Source: Paraspadella gotoi (Eukaryota > Animalia > Chaetognatha). Taken from it: 64,000 nt of DNA. Below, piece after piece: positions 1-12,909 of the stretch (the first letter of the stretch is position 1; every line of letters starts with the position of its first letter). The stretch is from NCBI GenBank assembly GCA_051294375.1, contig JBJCIZ010000239.1, positions 6,619,545 to 6,683,544 of the forward strand, written 5' to 3'. Position numbers and translations under genes: made by a program. Under the pieces are notes generated by a model. That model made no database searches. It was not told the origin of the DNA and was given only the letters and a program-made list of their open reading frames with translations.

Positions 1-357
1 GTTGGTCATGCAAGTCTCTCTCTCTCTCTCTTTTTCTCGGTTGCCAAGGGAACTCGGTTGGTCGCTAAGGGAGACTCTCTTCTCTTTCTCTCTCGTGCTT
101 CTCTTCTCTAGCGCTCCCGCTCTCTCTCTCTCCTCTCTCCTCTCTCTCTTCTCTCTCTCTCTCTTCGTTCTCGAAGGAGGTTTGGCGAAAGTGACGGGGG
201 GGGTTCTGCCAGGACCGGAAGCCGACCCGGGGGGTCGCTCATGCTCTCTCTCTCTTCTCGCTCTCACTCTCTCTATTCTCTTTTCTCTTGGTATATATTT
301 CTCGGCCAGAGCCGGTTGCAGTAAATTGAGTCTGAATCGAACAATATGCAGTGATTG
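1..357 (+). repeat. Noisy duplicate of 5685-6014 abutting a 25-N gap
   Basis: Colinear near-identity with scattered 1-nt indels. Confidence 0.85.
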
Positions 358-843
358 NNNNNNNNNNNNNNNNNNNNNNNNNCTCAATCTTTCAGAAGCA
401 TTTATGAAGAGCAGCTGTGATTATTTTGGGTGCTGTGGCATGAGTGGTTTTTGCAGCAGTGCTTGTCGCATTGCTTTAATAGTTAGAACAAGGTCTGGTT
501 ATGTATCTTTAATTAAAATTTTTCCTTTAAATGCACCCGATCCGTCAAAAAATAAAAAAAGATGAAGTGATACGGATTTTCTAAGTTTTGAATCACTACC
601 CTGTAGTAATTGATACGTATTCTTAAGTAGACTTTTCTTCAATACTTTCAACCGCAACTTGTTTTTCTCTGCTTCACTAACGAGGAGTTAGTTCTATGCT
701 TTCTCAAGCTGCTACCATGCTTACCATGCTTACATCCCTTTTGATCCGACTCAAAAGCTTGCCCTCGCCACCTTTAAATTTCGTCCCAACACAATTTCGT
801 CTTTTCCACCCTTAACTCGCTTTGGTCCCCAGTCTCTCCCTTT

Positions 844-1761
844 GCACTCTTTTCCGAAAGCGCCCAATTTGAGGTTAAACATAGAATTAAAAGAATTTTT
901 TTACTTCGATAATTTTGTCAATGAAATTAATGATGAGATTATGGATTAAGACATAAGGATTGGGTAAAAGGTTAGTTTAAGGTTTAGGTTAAAATTTTAG
1001 TTAAGGATTAAGGTTAGGATTTATGTTGTTTGTTTCAGAGTTATAATTTTGGCATAAGCACTGATTTTTCTGTCTTCCTCATTTTGTTATGAACCTTTGA
1101 GGGAGACAGAAGTCTCTGAAGATCAGTGCTTATTCAAAAATAAATATCATGTTACGTCCAGAAAAAATTGGTTTTCTTTTATATTATTAGCATATAAATA
1201 CCAAATCAAACTATTAAGATTTATGGTTAGGAGATAAAGTTGGGTCAAGGAATTAGTTTTAAGTTTTAGTTAAGGATTAAGGTTATAAAAGAGATAAACT
1301 TAGGGATAGGAATTAGCTATTAGGTATTTATAATTAAGGTTTAAAGATTAAATTAAGTATTTCTAAAAAAATCAAACCAAAAAAAAATTGTTTTAGTTTA
1401 CAAACAGTGATTTTCATTAATAATATATATTTTTTTAATTATAATAATTTTATTTTTAAATATAAATATAATAAAAGGTTTTTATATAGTGTGTCCTAAT
1501 GGTACTGTCTGTTAACTTTTACATACTTTTACATATTGTTAAATTTTATTTTTGAGATAACAATATCAAAGATAAGTCCTTACCATTTATGATACTTTTT
1601 TAGAATTCAATTTTTATAAACTTTTCTGTATAAAACATTCATTTTAAATAAGTCCTACAGTTTTTTGATCAGGTATAGGAGTACCATTGGTCACACTGTA
1701 TAATGGTGTAAATGTACAACAAAATTTAGGAATAAAATTGGGCGCTTTCGAAAAATAGTGC
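844..1761. mobile_element. MITE with ~26-bp TIRs and degenerate TTAGGG-like interior (carries nested insertions)
   Basis: gcactcttttccgaaagcgcccaattt ... aaattgggcgctttcgaaaaatagtgc. Related copies or ends near 4231-4474, 5052, 5241-5550, 23349-23588, 28615-28912, 33553-33828, 37728-37990, 45604-45832, 47350 and 54072. Confidence 0.7.
1487..1698. mobile_element. Tc1/mariner-type MITE nested in the 844-1761 element
   Basis: TA|tagtgtgtcctaatggtact ... agtaccattggtcacactg|TA: TIRs with a CAGTG-type end and TA duplication. Confidence 0.65.
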
Positions 1762-1955
1762 CCTTATTTCCCTTGTTCCAAAATCCCCAGCCGACAGGCA
1801 GCAAGGCGCCCGCAGTTGACATCTATTAAAGATTGTTCCCCGGTACAACAACAACAACAACAAAAATAACAACAACAACAACAACCGCTTTCCTCTTTCT
1901 AAAAAAACGGAGCTCAAACGGAAAATCCTTTCTTGATCCTCTCTCCCGCGCCGAT

Positions 1956-1992
<37 letters not shown>

Positions 1993-3084
1993 AGGAAAGA
2001 GACTATTGTGTCTGAAAACTTTTTTTGCGGTAGTTTTTAAAAAAACAAACTATTTTATCCTTTTTCCTCTCTCTCGCGCCTTATATCCACACTCTCTCTC
2101 TCTCTCTCTCACTCTCTCTCTCTCTCTCCCTCTCTCTTTTCCATTTTTTCATCCATATGTTAACCTCTGCTGGAACATTTTGCTCTTTTCTTTTTACGAG
2201 AAAAAAAGGAAATGAAAAAACAATATTCAGACTCTGATTGAAACATAAATTCATTGCTCTAGTAAATTCCTTTTATGCCTTAACTTCTTTTTCAATACAA
2301 TATATTTCTTTTTACTTTTATTAAGATAATGTTTTCAAATTTCTCCTCCTCCCCCTCCTTTTGTTCTATACCCCTTTCTGATTGGAGAGGCTGAGAAACT
2401 CAAAATTCTTTTCTTCGTTTCTCATTGGATCTCCAAAAACACGCAATTCAAACAATAACACTTTTTTCTGTAACGAATTTTATTCTTTGACTTCATTTAA
2501 CGTTATGTCCGCCGTCAGACAAACAGACGTAACGTCGGTATTTAGAGACACTTTAAAACGAGGCCTGAAATACAGACAATCTTCTTTTTTTCCTGTCTTT
2601 TTTTTTCTCACTTTACTTTCTTTTCGAAGCGAGAAAATTCGTTTCCTTGACAACCGAGTAACAATCGTCGTCGAGAGTAAAAACTTCAGGAGGAGAATAA
2701 ATTTGTCTTTTCTCCGGAAAAACCCTACCTCTTCCCCCCCCCCCGTCATTCCCCTCGTTGCCCCTATTTCCCCCCCCCCTTCGTCAGCGGAAGGGTTTCT
2801 TGGCCTGATTTATGGCACCAGGTTTCAGCGTCTTGCCCTTAGACCGAGATCTAAAATCGTCTTGCCCTGCAATCGAGCCATAGGAGCGGGGGACTTTGAA
2901 TTCCTCGATCAAATCAAATCAAATCAAATCAATCAGAGAGCAATTAGTACAAAATAACCAAGTAATTAGTAAGTTAATCAACTCAAATCGTTTAAAATTA
3001 AATTAAAACAAAACCAAATTTTAAACAAATTAGTTCTTAATCCAACGTATGAATTTGCTACAACCAATGAAAAAATATCCATGT

Positions 3085-3754
3085 TTATTAGTCGGTCAGC
3101 CCCCTCAATATTGTCGGGCACACACTTATATCATGTCAGAACATCGAATTATTATAAATTATGCAAAAAAAAATTATGTCTGTCCGTACGTCCATCCGTC
3201 CGTCCGTCCCACCTTAGCAAAAAACACCAATTACTCATTATTGGATGGATGGACTCGAATACAATTTTGTGTGTTGGTAGGGAAGTGTGTGATTGAGCTG
3301 GATATTAAGTTTCGATGGAATCTTCCGAGTGGAAATGAGTTTAAATGGCAAAAACAAAAAAAATGTATTTCACTATTTGAACACCAATTCCTCATGAGTG
3401 GATGGGGCGATTGACCTTGAATTTTGTATGTGGGTAGGAAAGTGTGTGATTAAGCTGGAAATCAAGTTTCGATGGAATCTTTTGATTATATTAAATATAA
3501 ATGCAGGATGTATTAATTAATCAAATAATTAATTAATTAGTCAATTAATTAATCCATCAATCAAGTCAATCGTTATCGGCATTATTGTCGTGGTTAGTGT
3601 CGAAAAGACCTAAAAACAAACATTTGGGATCAAATTAATTAATTGCCTAATTAATTAATTTAATTATTAATTAATTTAATTATTAATTAATTAATTAATT
3701 AATTAATTACCGATAATGATCGTGGGCAGATCCGACATTGTTTGCTCAAACTTG
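3085..3754 (+). mobile_element. DINE-1/HINE-like (Helentron-associated) non-autonomous element
   Basis: (GTCC)n tract, internal duplicated ~130-bp block and 3' end gcagatccgacattgtttgctcaaacttg shared with other copies. Confidence 0.65.
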
Positions 3755-4867
3755 CCCCAAACTTTGGACGGTCGTTAGGTTACGGCCTCCATCCCTCTTA
3801 TTAGAAGATAATAACGTTTCAAGCTTATGAAATTATATTAAATACTTTATAATATTGTTTATCTCAATTGTTTTTTAAAAGCAATGTTCTCATCTGAGGC
3901 TGAAAGAAATCAGGAATCCCCATAAATTAATTCGTTTAAATCCACTAAACACTCAAATATATTAAATTAAACTATGTATGTTAACCATTCTAATCTCGCG
4001 ACAAGCCGTCGGCGACCTGAACGTCGAAATACGAAAATTAAGAGGCGTCCGATATAGAAGTGGCGGTACGGGTAGGTGTCCGTTTATTAAGGGGTGGTAC
4101 GGGTGGGAGGCGCTTGTCCGTTCACCCATTCGGGCTCGGGATGGAAAATTAATGACGTTCGGATCTCGAGGTATTTTTTATGACCATTTTTTCCACTCTT
4201 ACCTTCAGCCGTACCTAAAAAAAGGAACACGGGCACTTTTTCCGGAAGTGCGCCATGTCTGTTTTTAATTTTATTTTAATTTTAACTAATTAATTAATTA
4301 ATAATTAAATAAATAAATTAAATAATTAATTAATTTTAATTTAACTTTAATTCTTAACTTTAAGCTATTCTCTTATTCCATTCCTTAATTTTATTTCGGT
4401 ACCCTCTCTTCAATGCCAAATCAAAATTTAGTTCTAAATTTAAGCCAAAAAGAGTTGCTTTCAGAAAATATGGCCGGAAAAACGGATGGAATAAAAAAGA
4501 GAAACGGGAAAAGAGTAGATCTCTAAACGGGAACAAGATTGATGAAAAAACTTGTTCCGCTGAGTTTTTATTGAAAAAAAAAGGAGAAGAAAATGGGAGG
4601 GAGAGGAGGAGAGGAAAAAGGGAGGAAGGAGGGAGAGAGGGCTGAGGAGAGAAGAGAAAAGAGAGGGAGGGAGAGAAGGAAAAGAGGGAGGAGTAGAAGA
4701 AGAGAGATGAGAGGGAGAAAGGAGGGAAAGAGAAGAGAGGGAGAGTAAGAGAGAGAAACGCGCTGCAAAACGTGAAGAGAAGGAGAGATGAAGTTTCTTA
4801 AAAAAGAAGGAGGTTTGAATGGTTCTTGAATCTTGTAGCAAACCTGCGCCCACTCAACTAGATTGGA

Positions 4868-4930
<63 letters not shown>

Positions 4931-5719
4931 GGTTGGCATGAAGGTAAATTGGGGAAAAGACAGATGAAGTCCACAAAAGTCTTTCATCTTTCGGGACGGA
5001 ATTAGTTTTTCCTCCGGTTATGGTTCCTGTTTGTGGCGCAGAAACCTTTTCCGGCGTTATTTCCCAAAAGCGGCCAATTTCTGTTTATAATACTTGAACT
5101 TTTCCTTACCCGAATCCCTTACCCTTATCTCTAACCTAATCCCCAATCTCTAACCTTTCACCTCGCATTGAGAGACGACAGTTCATTTATTGTTAACGAG
5201 CTGAAGGCACCTTTCATGAAGACGGCTGATTCTGTAGTCAACGGCCTTATTCTCCCAAAGCGCCCTATTTATTCTTTAATTTAGAATTAAATGAGTTTTT
5301 AGGTTTGATAATTAAATTAGAGGTTAGGGATAAAAATTAGGTCAGATATTAGGATTAGGGATTAAGTCAGTGATTAGGGTTAGTCATTAGGGTTAGAATC
5401 TAGGGTTTATGGTTAGGCATTAGGTTAAAGATTAAGGAATAAGGTTTGGGGTTAGTGTTAAAGATTAGGTTAGGCCTAACCTAATCTTATGAATTGTATA
5501 AAACAGATTAGTGTTAAATATTTAGGGTTTAAAATTAATTCAGAGATTAAGGGTACACCCCTGATCCCTTCTCCTTCCATAACCCCTTCCCTCCCTATCT
5601 CACCTCCCCCCCCCCGACTTGTTTAACGCACTTCACAATATGCAGGTTTTCTTCTCCACTGGTTTCCTCCTTTTTTCTCGCTCGGTTGGTCACTGCCAAG
5701 TCTCTCTCTCTCTCTCTTT

Positions 5720-6013
5720 TTCTCGGTTGCCAAGGAACTCGGTTGGTCGCTAAGGAGACTCTCTCTCTTTCTCTCTCGTGTTCTCTTTCTCTAGCGCTCC
5801 CTCTCTCTCTCTCTCTCTTCGCTTCTCGAAGGAGGTTTGGCGAAAGTGACGGGGGGGTTCTGCCAGGACCGGAAGCCGACCCCGGGGGGTCGCTCACGCT
5901 CTCTCTCTCTCTCTCGCTCTCACTCTCTCTATCTCTCTCTTTCTCTTGGTATATTTCTCGGCCAGAGCCGGTTGTCAGTAAATTGAGTCTGAATCGAACA
6001 ATATGCAGTGAGT
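5720..6013 (+). promoter_or_regulatory. Candidate promoter: two RFX X-box-like sites, ETS site, TATA-like element, Inr and short first exon
   Basis: GTTGCCAAGGAAC 5726-5738; GTCGCTAAGGAGAC 5746-5759; CCGGAAG ~5869; TATATTT 5950; TCAGT 5975; donor gtgagt 6008. Confidence 0.45.
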
Positions 6014-6032
6014 TGACTCGGGGAGACAGAAA

Positions 6033-6107
<75 letters not shown>

Positions 6108-8274
6108 AGAGGAGAGAGAGCATCATTAAATGTTTATATTTCTTTGACGCAAAATCTAACTTACAATTAATTCCTCTCCGATTGTAGTTCAATCAAAACT
6201 TCGGAATATGAAAAATTTAAAAAAACTCAATTGAAATACATTTTAATAACCATAGCCTGTTCAAAGTCAGGGGCAAGATAGCCTATTTAATATATGAATG
6301 GATAATTTCTATATTGGTTGTACCAATGTCATAATTTAAATCTAAACATAACATACATTTGATATAAATCATTGACTACATGTGGGAAATCACCGTTTTT
6401 ACCCGCGCGACCTTTAGTTTCTTCAATCTTGTCGTCGTCGTCGTCGTCGTCCTCGTCGTCTTCATCCTCATTCTCCCCCCCCCCACGCCCCCTCATATTT
6501 TCCCGCGACTTGAACCGCTCGTCAAAGGCGCCGACAGAGATTTCCATATTTTTACAGCATATTTCCATTCTGTCGTCATCGTCGTCTTTATGGTCGTCGC
6601 CCTCGTTTTCGCTCTTTTGACGTCGTCGTCGTCGTCGCTGTCGTCGTCGTCGGTTCAGAACGGCTCTTGAACTTGTCATCTTTTAATAAATACTTAGATT
6701 TAACTTGTTTTAATTTTACAATACCTTTATAAGTCCCCTTTCGGTCTGTCCCTTTTTTTGGTTTTTGTTTATCTCATTACCTTGTTTCAAATATATTTAT
6801 TAAGATTTGGTGTCAGTGGCGTTGTCGTCGTCTTCATTGTCATCAACTTCGCTCTCGTCTCGTCATCATCATTATCAGCCTCGTCGTTTTCGTCATCATT
6901 TTAATCGTTCTTGCCAAAGCCATCGCCTGCAGTCTTTGTCATCATCGTCTTATTCGTCTCCATCGTCTACGCCGACGTCAGCGCCCTCTTTGACGGCGCC
7001 GCTTCCCCCAAAAAGCGGAAGAAGACTCCCGTCTTTCTTATCTTAATCCCGACCGAAAAAGGATGTCGGTCTCTCGTCGGGAGAGAAATATGCTCTCGCG
7101 GGGAAAAACCTTTTTTTTCTTTGGGGGGGAGTGGGAGGAGATCGCAGGCCAGGGGTTAGCGTTAAGAGGTTAAGAGGCTGGGGTAAGTTTAGCCCGAGGA
7201 CAAGTAATGTATAGGATTTTTAGAAAATGAGGCAGAGAATCGTTTTTGAGAAGGAAGGAAATTAAAGAATATAAATATTAAAAGGAAAGAAAGAAAAACG
7301 AGGAAAAAAGGAAAAAGAAAATAAAAAAGAAAAGAAAGACAAAAAAATAAGAAAAAGAAAAGAAAACAATTATATAAAATTAACTTCTTCCTCGCAGATA
7401 AAGAAAAGAAAAACAGGAAAGAAAAGAAAAGAAAAACAGGAAAGAAAAGAAAAGAAAAACAGAAAAGAAAAGAAAAGAAAAGAAAAGAAAAGAAAGGAAT
7501 CCCGATATGAAAAGGACGTCTTCACGACAGAAAGAGTCGAGGGGATTTTTGGAAAAGGTTGACGCCGATGGATGACGAGCGACGGAGAGAGAAGTTGAGA
7601 TCGGGAAAGAGGGGTTGAGATGTGGTTAGAGGAGTTGAGATGTAAGGAGAGAGAAGTTGAGAAAAAGAGAGAGGGGTTGAGATGAAGAGAGAGAGGTTCT
7701 TATATTGGTTGTACCCATTTCATAAAATTCAGCTCCTTGTATTTTGATTCTAGTGCAATCTAAAACTGAAGGGAGTTGTATAATTAAAACATTCCTTGCA
7801 ACATTATACCACTTCATTGATAGTAGTGAATTAACGAGACTGTGCGAGAGTCTTGATTGAAAGATTACAGGGTTCTGTTATATCATTATCTGGTAAGTAA
7901 GGGGTAAACTTAGGTAATATTTTGCCTGAGCAAAGTGTTATTGAAATTACCTAAATAAAGAAAGGATTTTTCTTAATTAAGGTCGGCAATTTCTGAATCA
8001 AAATATTTTGCTTATATTTATTTTTAAAGATAAATAAAACCATATATTTTCGTTTATTGTTTTAATTTCATTACCAACTGTATTTTCAATTTGTTATTAC
8101 TATATTTTAAGCCCAAAAATACTTTTCCCAGATGGCATGAAATATGAGTATCAGCATTAAGTATGTAAACTACTTGGTTACTACCAGACCCAGAACCAAT
8201 AAAACCAGTGGCTGCACCAATAAATGTAAATCGCTTTCAAAGGCTTAAACTGAACTGTTACTGCAGCAATAATA

Positions 8275-8934
8275 ATATTTTTTTAAATTTGCATCATTTT
8301 TTAACTTTTTCATTTTTTCAACTTGTATTATTTTTCAGCTTGTATCAATTTTTTAGCTTGCATTATTTTTTTAGCCTTTATCATTTTTTTAGCGTTTATC
8401 ATTTTTTCAACTTGTATCATTTTTTTTAACTTGCATAATTTTTTCAACTTGTATACTTTTTTCAACTTGCATACTTTTTCAACTTGCATAATTTTTTCAA
8501 CTTGCATAATTTTTTTAACTTGTATAATTTTTTAATCCTACATAATTTTTTCAACTTGCATATTTTTTTCAACTTGCATACTTTTTTCAACTTGCATAAT
8601 TTTTCAACTTGCATAATTTTTTTAACTTGCATAATTTTTTTAACCTGCATAATTTTTTCAACTTGTATAATTTTTTTAACTTGAATAATTTTTTTAACAT
8701 GCATAATTTTTTTAACTTGCATAATTTTTTCAACTAGTATAATTTTTTAACTTGTATAATTTTTTTAACTTGTATAATTTTTTAAACTTGTTTAATTTTT
8801 TCAATTTGTATAATTTTTTCAACTTGTATAATTTTTTCATCTTGCATAATTTTTTCATCTTGCATAATTTTTTCAACTTGTATAATTTTTTCAATTTGTA
8901 TAATTTTTTCAACTTGCATAAGGTTCCGCCTACA
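8275..8934. repeat. 21-22-bp minisatellite (AACTTGCATAATTTTTT) inside a TIR element
   Basis: About 30 tandem units ending in ggttccgcctaca; its reverse complement begins a short array at 10255. Confidence 0.85.
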
Positions 8935-11900
8935 ATCAGACTCTTTTAGACAATGGAATCTGAACTTAATTTACGATCATCTCTGATGATCTCATTGACT
9001 AGTATGAATCTTTCTTCATTTAAAAAAACGGTAGGCTATAGTTATCATCTTCTTATGACATAGTACTTCCCAGGTAAAATTTTAAGAGTTAAAAATACGG
9101 TAAGACATGATTTTTTCGATTCTTTTGAAACTAATCTCATTAACTGTCTTAGTTTTAATAAAAGTATGTTTTAATTTTCACGGTACAGAAAACTCATATC
9201 CTCTGTTATTCTTTCTCATTACCTTTCTTCTTCACAGCTTTTCATTTTTTTTAACCCTCTTTCCTCCCTTTCATCTCACGACCTCACTTTCAATTTTTTT
9301 ACCCCCTACCTTTCCCTGCTTCTCTTCCACTTATCTTTTTTTTCTCTTATTCTCTTCTTCCATTTCTTTCCCCTTCTTTTTCTTTCAATTTCCCCCTCCC
9401 TTTCCCGCCTTACCTTTAACTCTCTACTTTTATCCCCTTTGCCTTCTCTGTTTCCTTTTTTCACCTCATTTTCTCTCATCTTTCCCTTCTCTTCTTCTTG
9501 TTCTCCCTTTCCTCTTTCCTATCACTTATTTTCTACATTAATATTGAACCAAATCGATGAAAATTCTTAGATTCATTATAAGAAAGAAAATGAACGGTAG
9601 TGAATGATTTTTCTTTCAATTTTTGTTGCCTAGCAAATTTAGTAAATCCGCAAAATCTGTCGATTCCGAGAAAAAACAAGTCCTGATTCCTGAGGCTTTC
9701 CATTGGATTAAAAGGATGCGGTTTTTTTTTATTAATCAAGGTCAGTATGTACCTCATCTTTTAAAACTAATAAATGAGTTGAAAATATATATTTATTAAT
9801 ATTAATATATTTTTTTGATAATTTTATAGGTGTTAAAAGCTTATTCAATAGCCTATATTTTATGTTAATTTAAACAAATTTGCACTATTTTTGTTTAACA
9901 AATTATAATAAAAACTGAAAATGATACTTTTTGACTTGTAAACTTTAAAATTAATTAATAGGCAAACTTTAAATGATTTAAGGAAATAAATTTACCCAGA
10001 GGTGAAGAAGATAAGGAAGAACGGATTTCCTTGGCACTCTAATCAGAAGACGAAAGTGAAAATGGACAAAAATGGACATGATTTTTTCTCCTAAATGTTG
10101 CAAAAATTGTACTTTTTTATCATTTGAAACTGGTGGATATGATTTCAACCAATCCCTAGTTCAGCCTAATTTGTATTGTGGTAGAAATCAAATTAATATT
10201 GTAAGTAACAACTGAAAAGATTGGAAAGAGTTGCTTTTTTGCTAAATGCGACGTTGTAGGCGGAACCATAATTTTTTCAACTTACATAAATTTTTCAGCT
10301 TGCAGCATTTTTTTAACTTTCAACTATCTAGTTATCAAGTTCCATTAATGAGGAAGTTAGGAAGTTAAAATGTGTGTCCATTTTCTTTGTTTCATATCGA
10401 TTCAAATATTTTTTGTTTGACTTTCCATTTAATCATGATTTACTGCAATATGCAAATTAGATTATAATACCTTTTTATAATTTTTTGATAGTAAGGTCTG
10501 GCAAGATCATTATACTTTTAAGATTATGTTACATGCGGCGAAAGAAGGCCATTCACAATGCAAGCAACAAGAAAATAGTAAAACGGGTAATTTTGCATAT
10601 TTTCATATCAACGCAGAGAATGGTTTATCAAGTGGCTTGTCTCTCTTGGCTTGAAAAAAAATATTAAAAAAATTATTTTTAAAAATATTTATGATAAAAA
10701 AAATTTTAAAAAACACTTGCTATTTTGTTGAAGAGCAGGTACAAGTGAAGATCTAATGGGTGCAGATAAAATTTTTGGAATATTTCTTTGTCTTACAAAA
10801 GGCCTCCTGTTTTGTAAAGCCCTCTAGTAGAATAGGGTGAAAATACAAAGAAGATTTGTTTCAGAAAAGATATACTAAAACTAAATTTCATTGCTATTTT
10901 TTTTAAAAACGCTCTTTTGTTTGTGGAGCCATCTGGTTTATTAAGACCAAAACAAGCCAAAATTTGCTATTTTGTGTAAAGCAATGCAAGTGAAGATCTA
11001 GTGGGTGCAAACAAAAGAGCAATTACAATAACCGATAAAAAGGAAACAAACATTGTTTAAATTATATCCGAAATTAAGGTAAGGTAAATATAAATAATTA
11101 GATTTTATACAAAATTCAAAAAGAAAAATAAAATGAAAAAATGAAAATTATGAATTTTCCAACCAATGATGAGCGACAAAATCTATGCTTTTCCTATACT
11201 ACAAAAAATTACATTATACATCTTGATTAATACATTAAATATTATCTTTTTTACATTATAAAATATTTTTTTAAAGATTCTAATAAAGCATAAAAAGTTA
11301 AACAAGAAATATAATTACAGCTTTAAAAAATTCTTATGTTTTCTATGTGAAAATATAAAAAAACTGATAAAATCATCGAAAGATGATGATGTTGCTACCC
11401 CTAATAAAGACAAAGTTAATAAAAATTTTGTTAAGTTGTAAATTGATTATAAAATCATCACAAAAAAAATGTTTAAATGCTAAAAAAAACTGAATAAATT
11501 TTTTACAACCCTTTCATCAGTAAATCATTAAATTTTACAATTTCCTATCGCTTCCGCTTTCGTTTCTTTAAAAAATCTGCCACTTCCACTGTATTTGCTT
11601 TCGGTTCCTAGATCGCCTAAGAATCTCTGGTTTAGGATCAGGGTTGATTTTAGTCCCAACAGTATTTATGTTATTTCCTTTCTTTTTGTTGTGTAAACAG
11701 TGAACAATGATGACGGGCACAAAAATTATTATTAAAATATTATAAATATTGTCAGCCTTCTCCAAATTGTTTTAGGCATTAGTTGTAGGCTTAATTATTT
11801 TAACTTTTTCTAATCTACTTCTCTTACATCGTCACAATTCTTCACCTTCTCACTTTTATTATTATTATTCGTCTACAACTCACTCATTTTGCGGTGAAAA

Positions 11901-12066
11901 AAAGTCAGGTTTTTGTGACGACAGAGTTTCTTCATTTTATTTCAGTTGAGGATCGAACATAATATAAATAAAAACCTTTTGGTGATTAAAAAACATGTAT
12001 TTGATTAAAAGAAAAATGATTTTTAAAACAATTAAAATGTAAAAAACAAGTAAATATTACTGCGAC

Positions 12067-12835
12067 TTAATTTTCTCTTCCAACTTCTTCCGCCGCCTGC
12101 AAAAGCTGCCTCGCCGCATCCATCAACTGAACCACATCCTCCATCTCCGCCTTCATGATCGCTAACTTGATCGCCTTCGTTTCCTCCCCCTCCATTCCGA
12201 GGCGAAGCGCATCCCAGGCCAATTTAGCCACCTTGCATTCCCTCGATGTCTCTGAAGCTCCCGATCGCCCTGCCACTCCCTCTACGATTACTGGTCCTAC
12301 TCCTTCTGCCACTCCTACACCAGCTCCCTCTTCCACTCCTTCTACCTCTTCCGTTCCCCTGCCGCCGCCGGGGGATTGTTGGGCGGCGTCGACAAAATGG
12401 GCGACTCGAGAATCGAGGGCGACGTCGGCGATTTATCGTCAACCTGATATTAAAAGTGTGATTTCACTAAGTGACAATAACAAAAAATGTTTAATAGATG
12501 GCTAACGATCTGACCCGAGCATCAGATCGACGTTCATCCAGAAAAATTTAAAAATTTAATATATTCCCGATTGCTAAATAAATATAAATAAAAATGAGCT
12601 ACTAGTTTTTCCCAAGATCAGTTAATAATGTTAATTTAAGTTAAGTTTGATGAATTACTTGTGAAAAGCTTAGATACGTCAGTCATTAATTGAATTTTAA
12701 ACTTAACAAAACTAAAAAACTTACCTCGGTTAATTCTTCACGGATTAATTCGGGTTCCGATTCCCCAAAAAGAAGCCGACGTTGCGACACAAGGGCGAGA
12801 TCTTCCAAAAGTTGAATAGACCTTCTTTTCGACAT
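12067..12835 (-). CDS. Small two-exon orphan gene or pseudogene (12835-12725, then 12443 to 12342, or to 12067 with a frameshift)
   Basis: ATG 12835; MSKRRSIQLLEDLALVSQRRLLFGESEPELIREELTE|gtaagt...tatcag|VDDKSPTSPSILESP. Stop at 12342; a shifted frame continues as a helical-looking ORF to 12067. Confidence 0.5.
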
Positions 12836-12909
12836 AGTAGCGGCTGAAAATGTTGGCAGTTGTCATTAAATGAAATTATTTTTTAATTTATGGTTCCAAA
12901 TGGAACCGG

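Noticed and set aside
1-357. Real segmental duplication of the 5685-6014 promoter
   Set aside because: It abuts a 25-N gap and differs by scattered 1-nt indels, typical of an overfilled gap; treated as a probable artefact.
5290-5550. True telomere or chromosome fusion site
   Set aside because: The hexamers are highly degenerate and bounded by MITE-like TIRs in many copies.
6329-7159. Acidic/Ser-rich ORFs from (GTC)n tracts
   Set aside because: No consistent splice structure, stops in the plausible frames and no family motif; may be UTR or regulatory.
8208-8949. Repetitive KKL/FFNL ORFs
   Set aside because: By-products of the 21-bp minisatellite.
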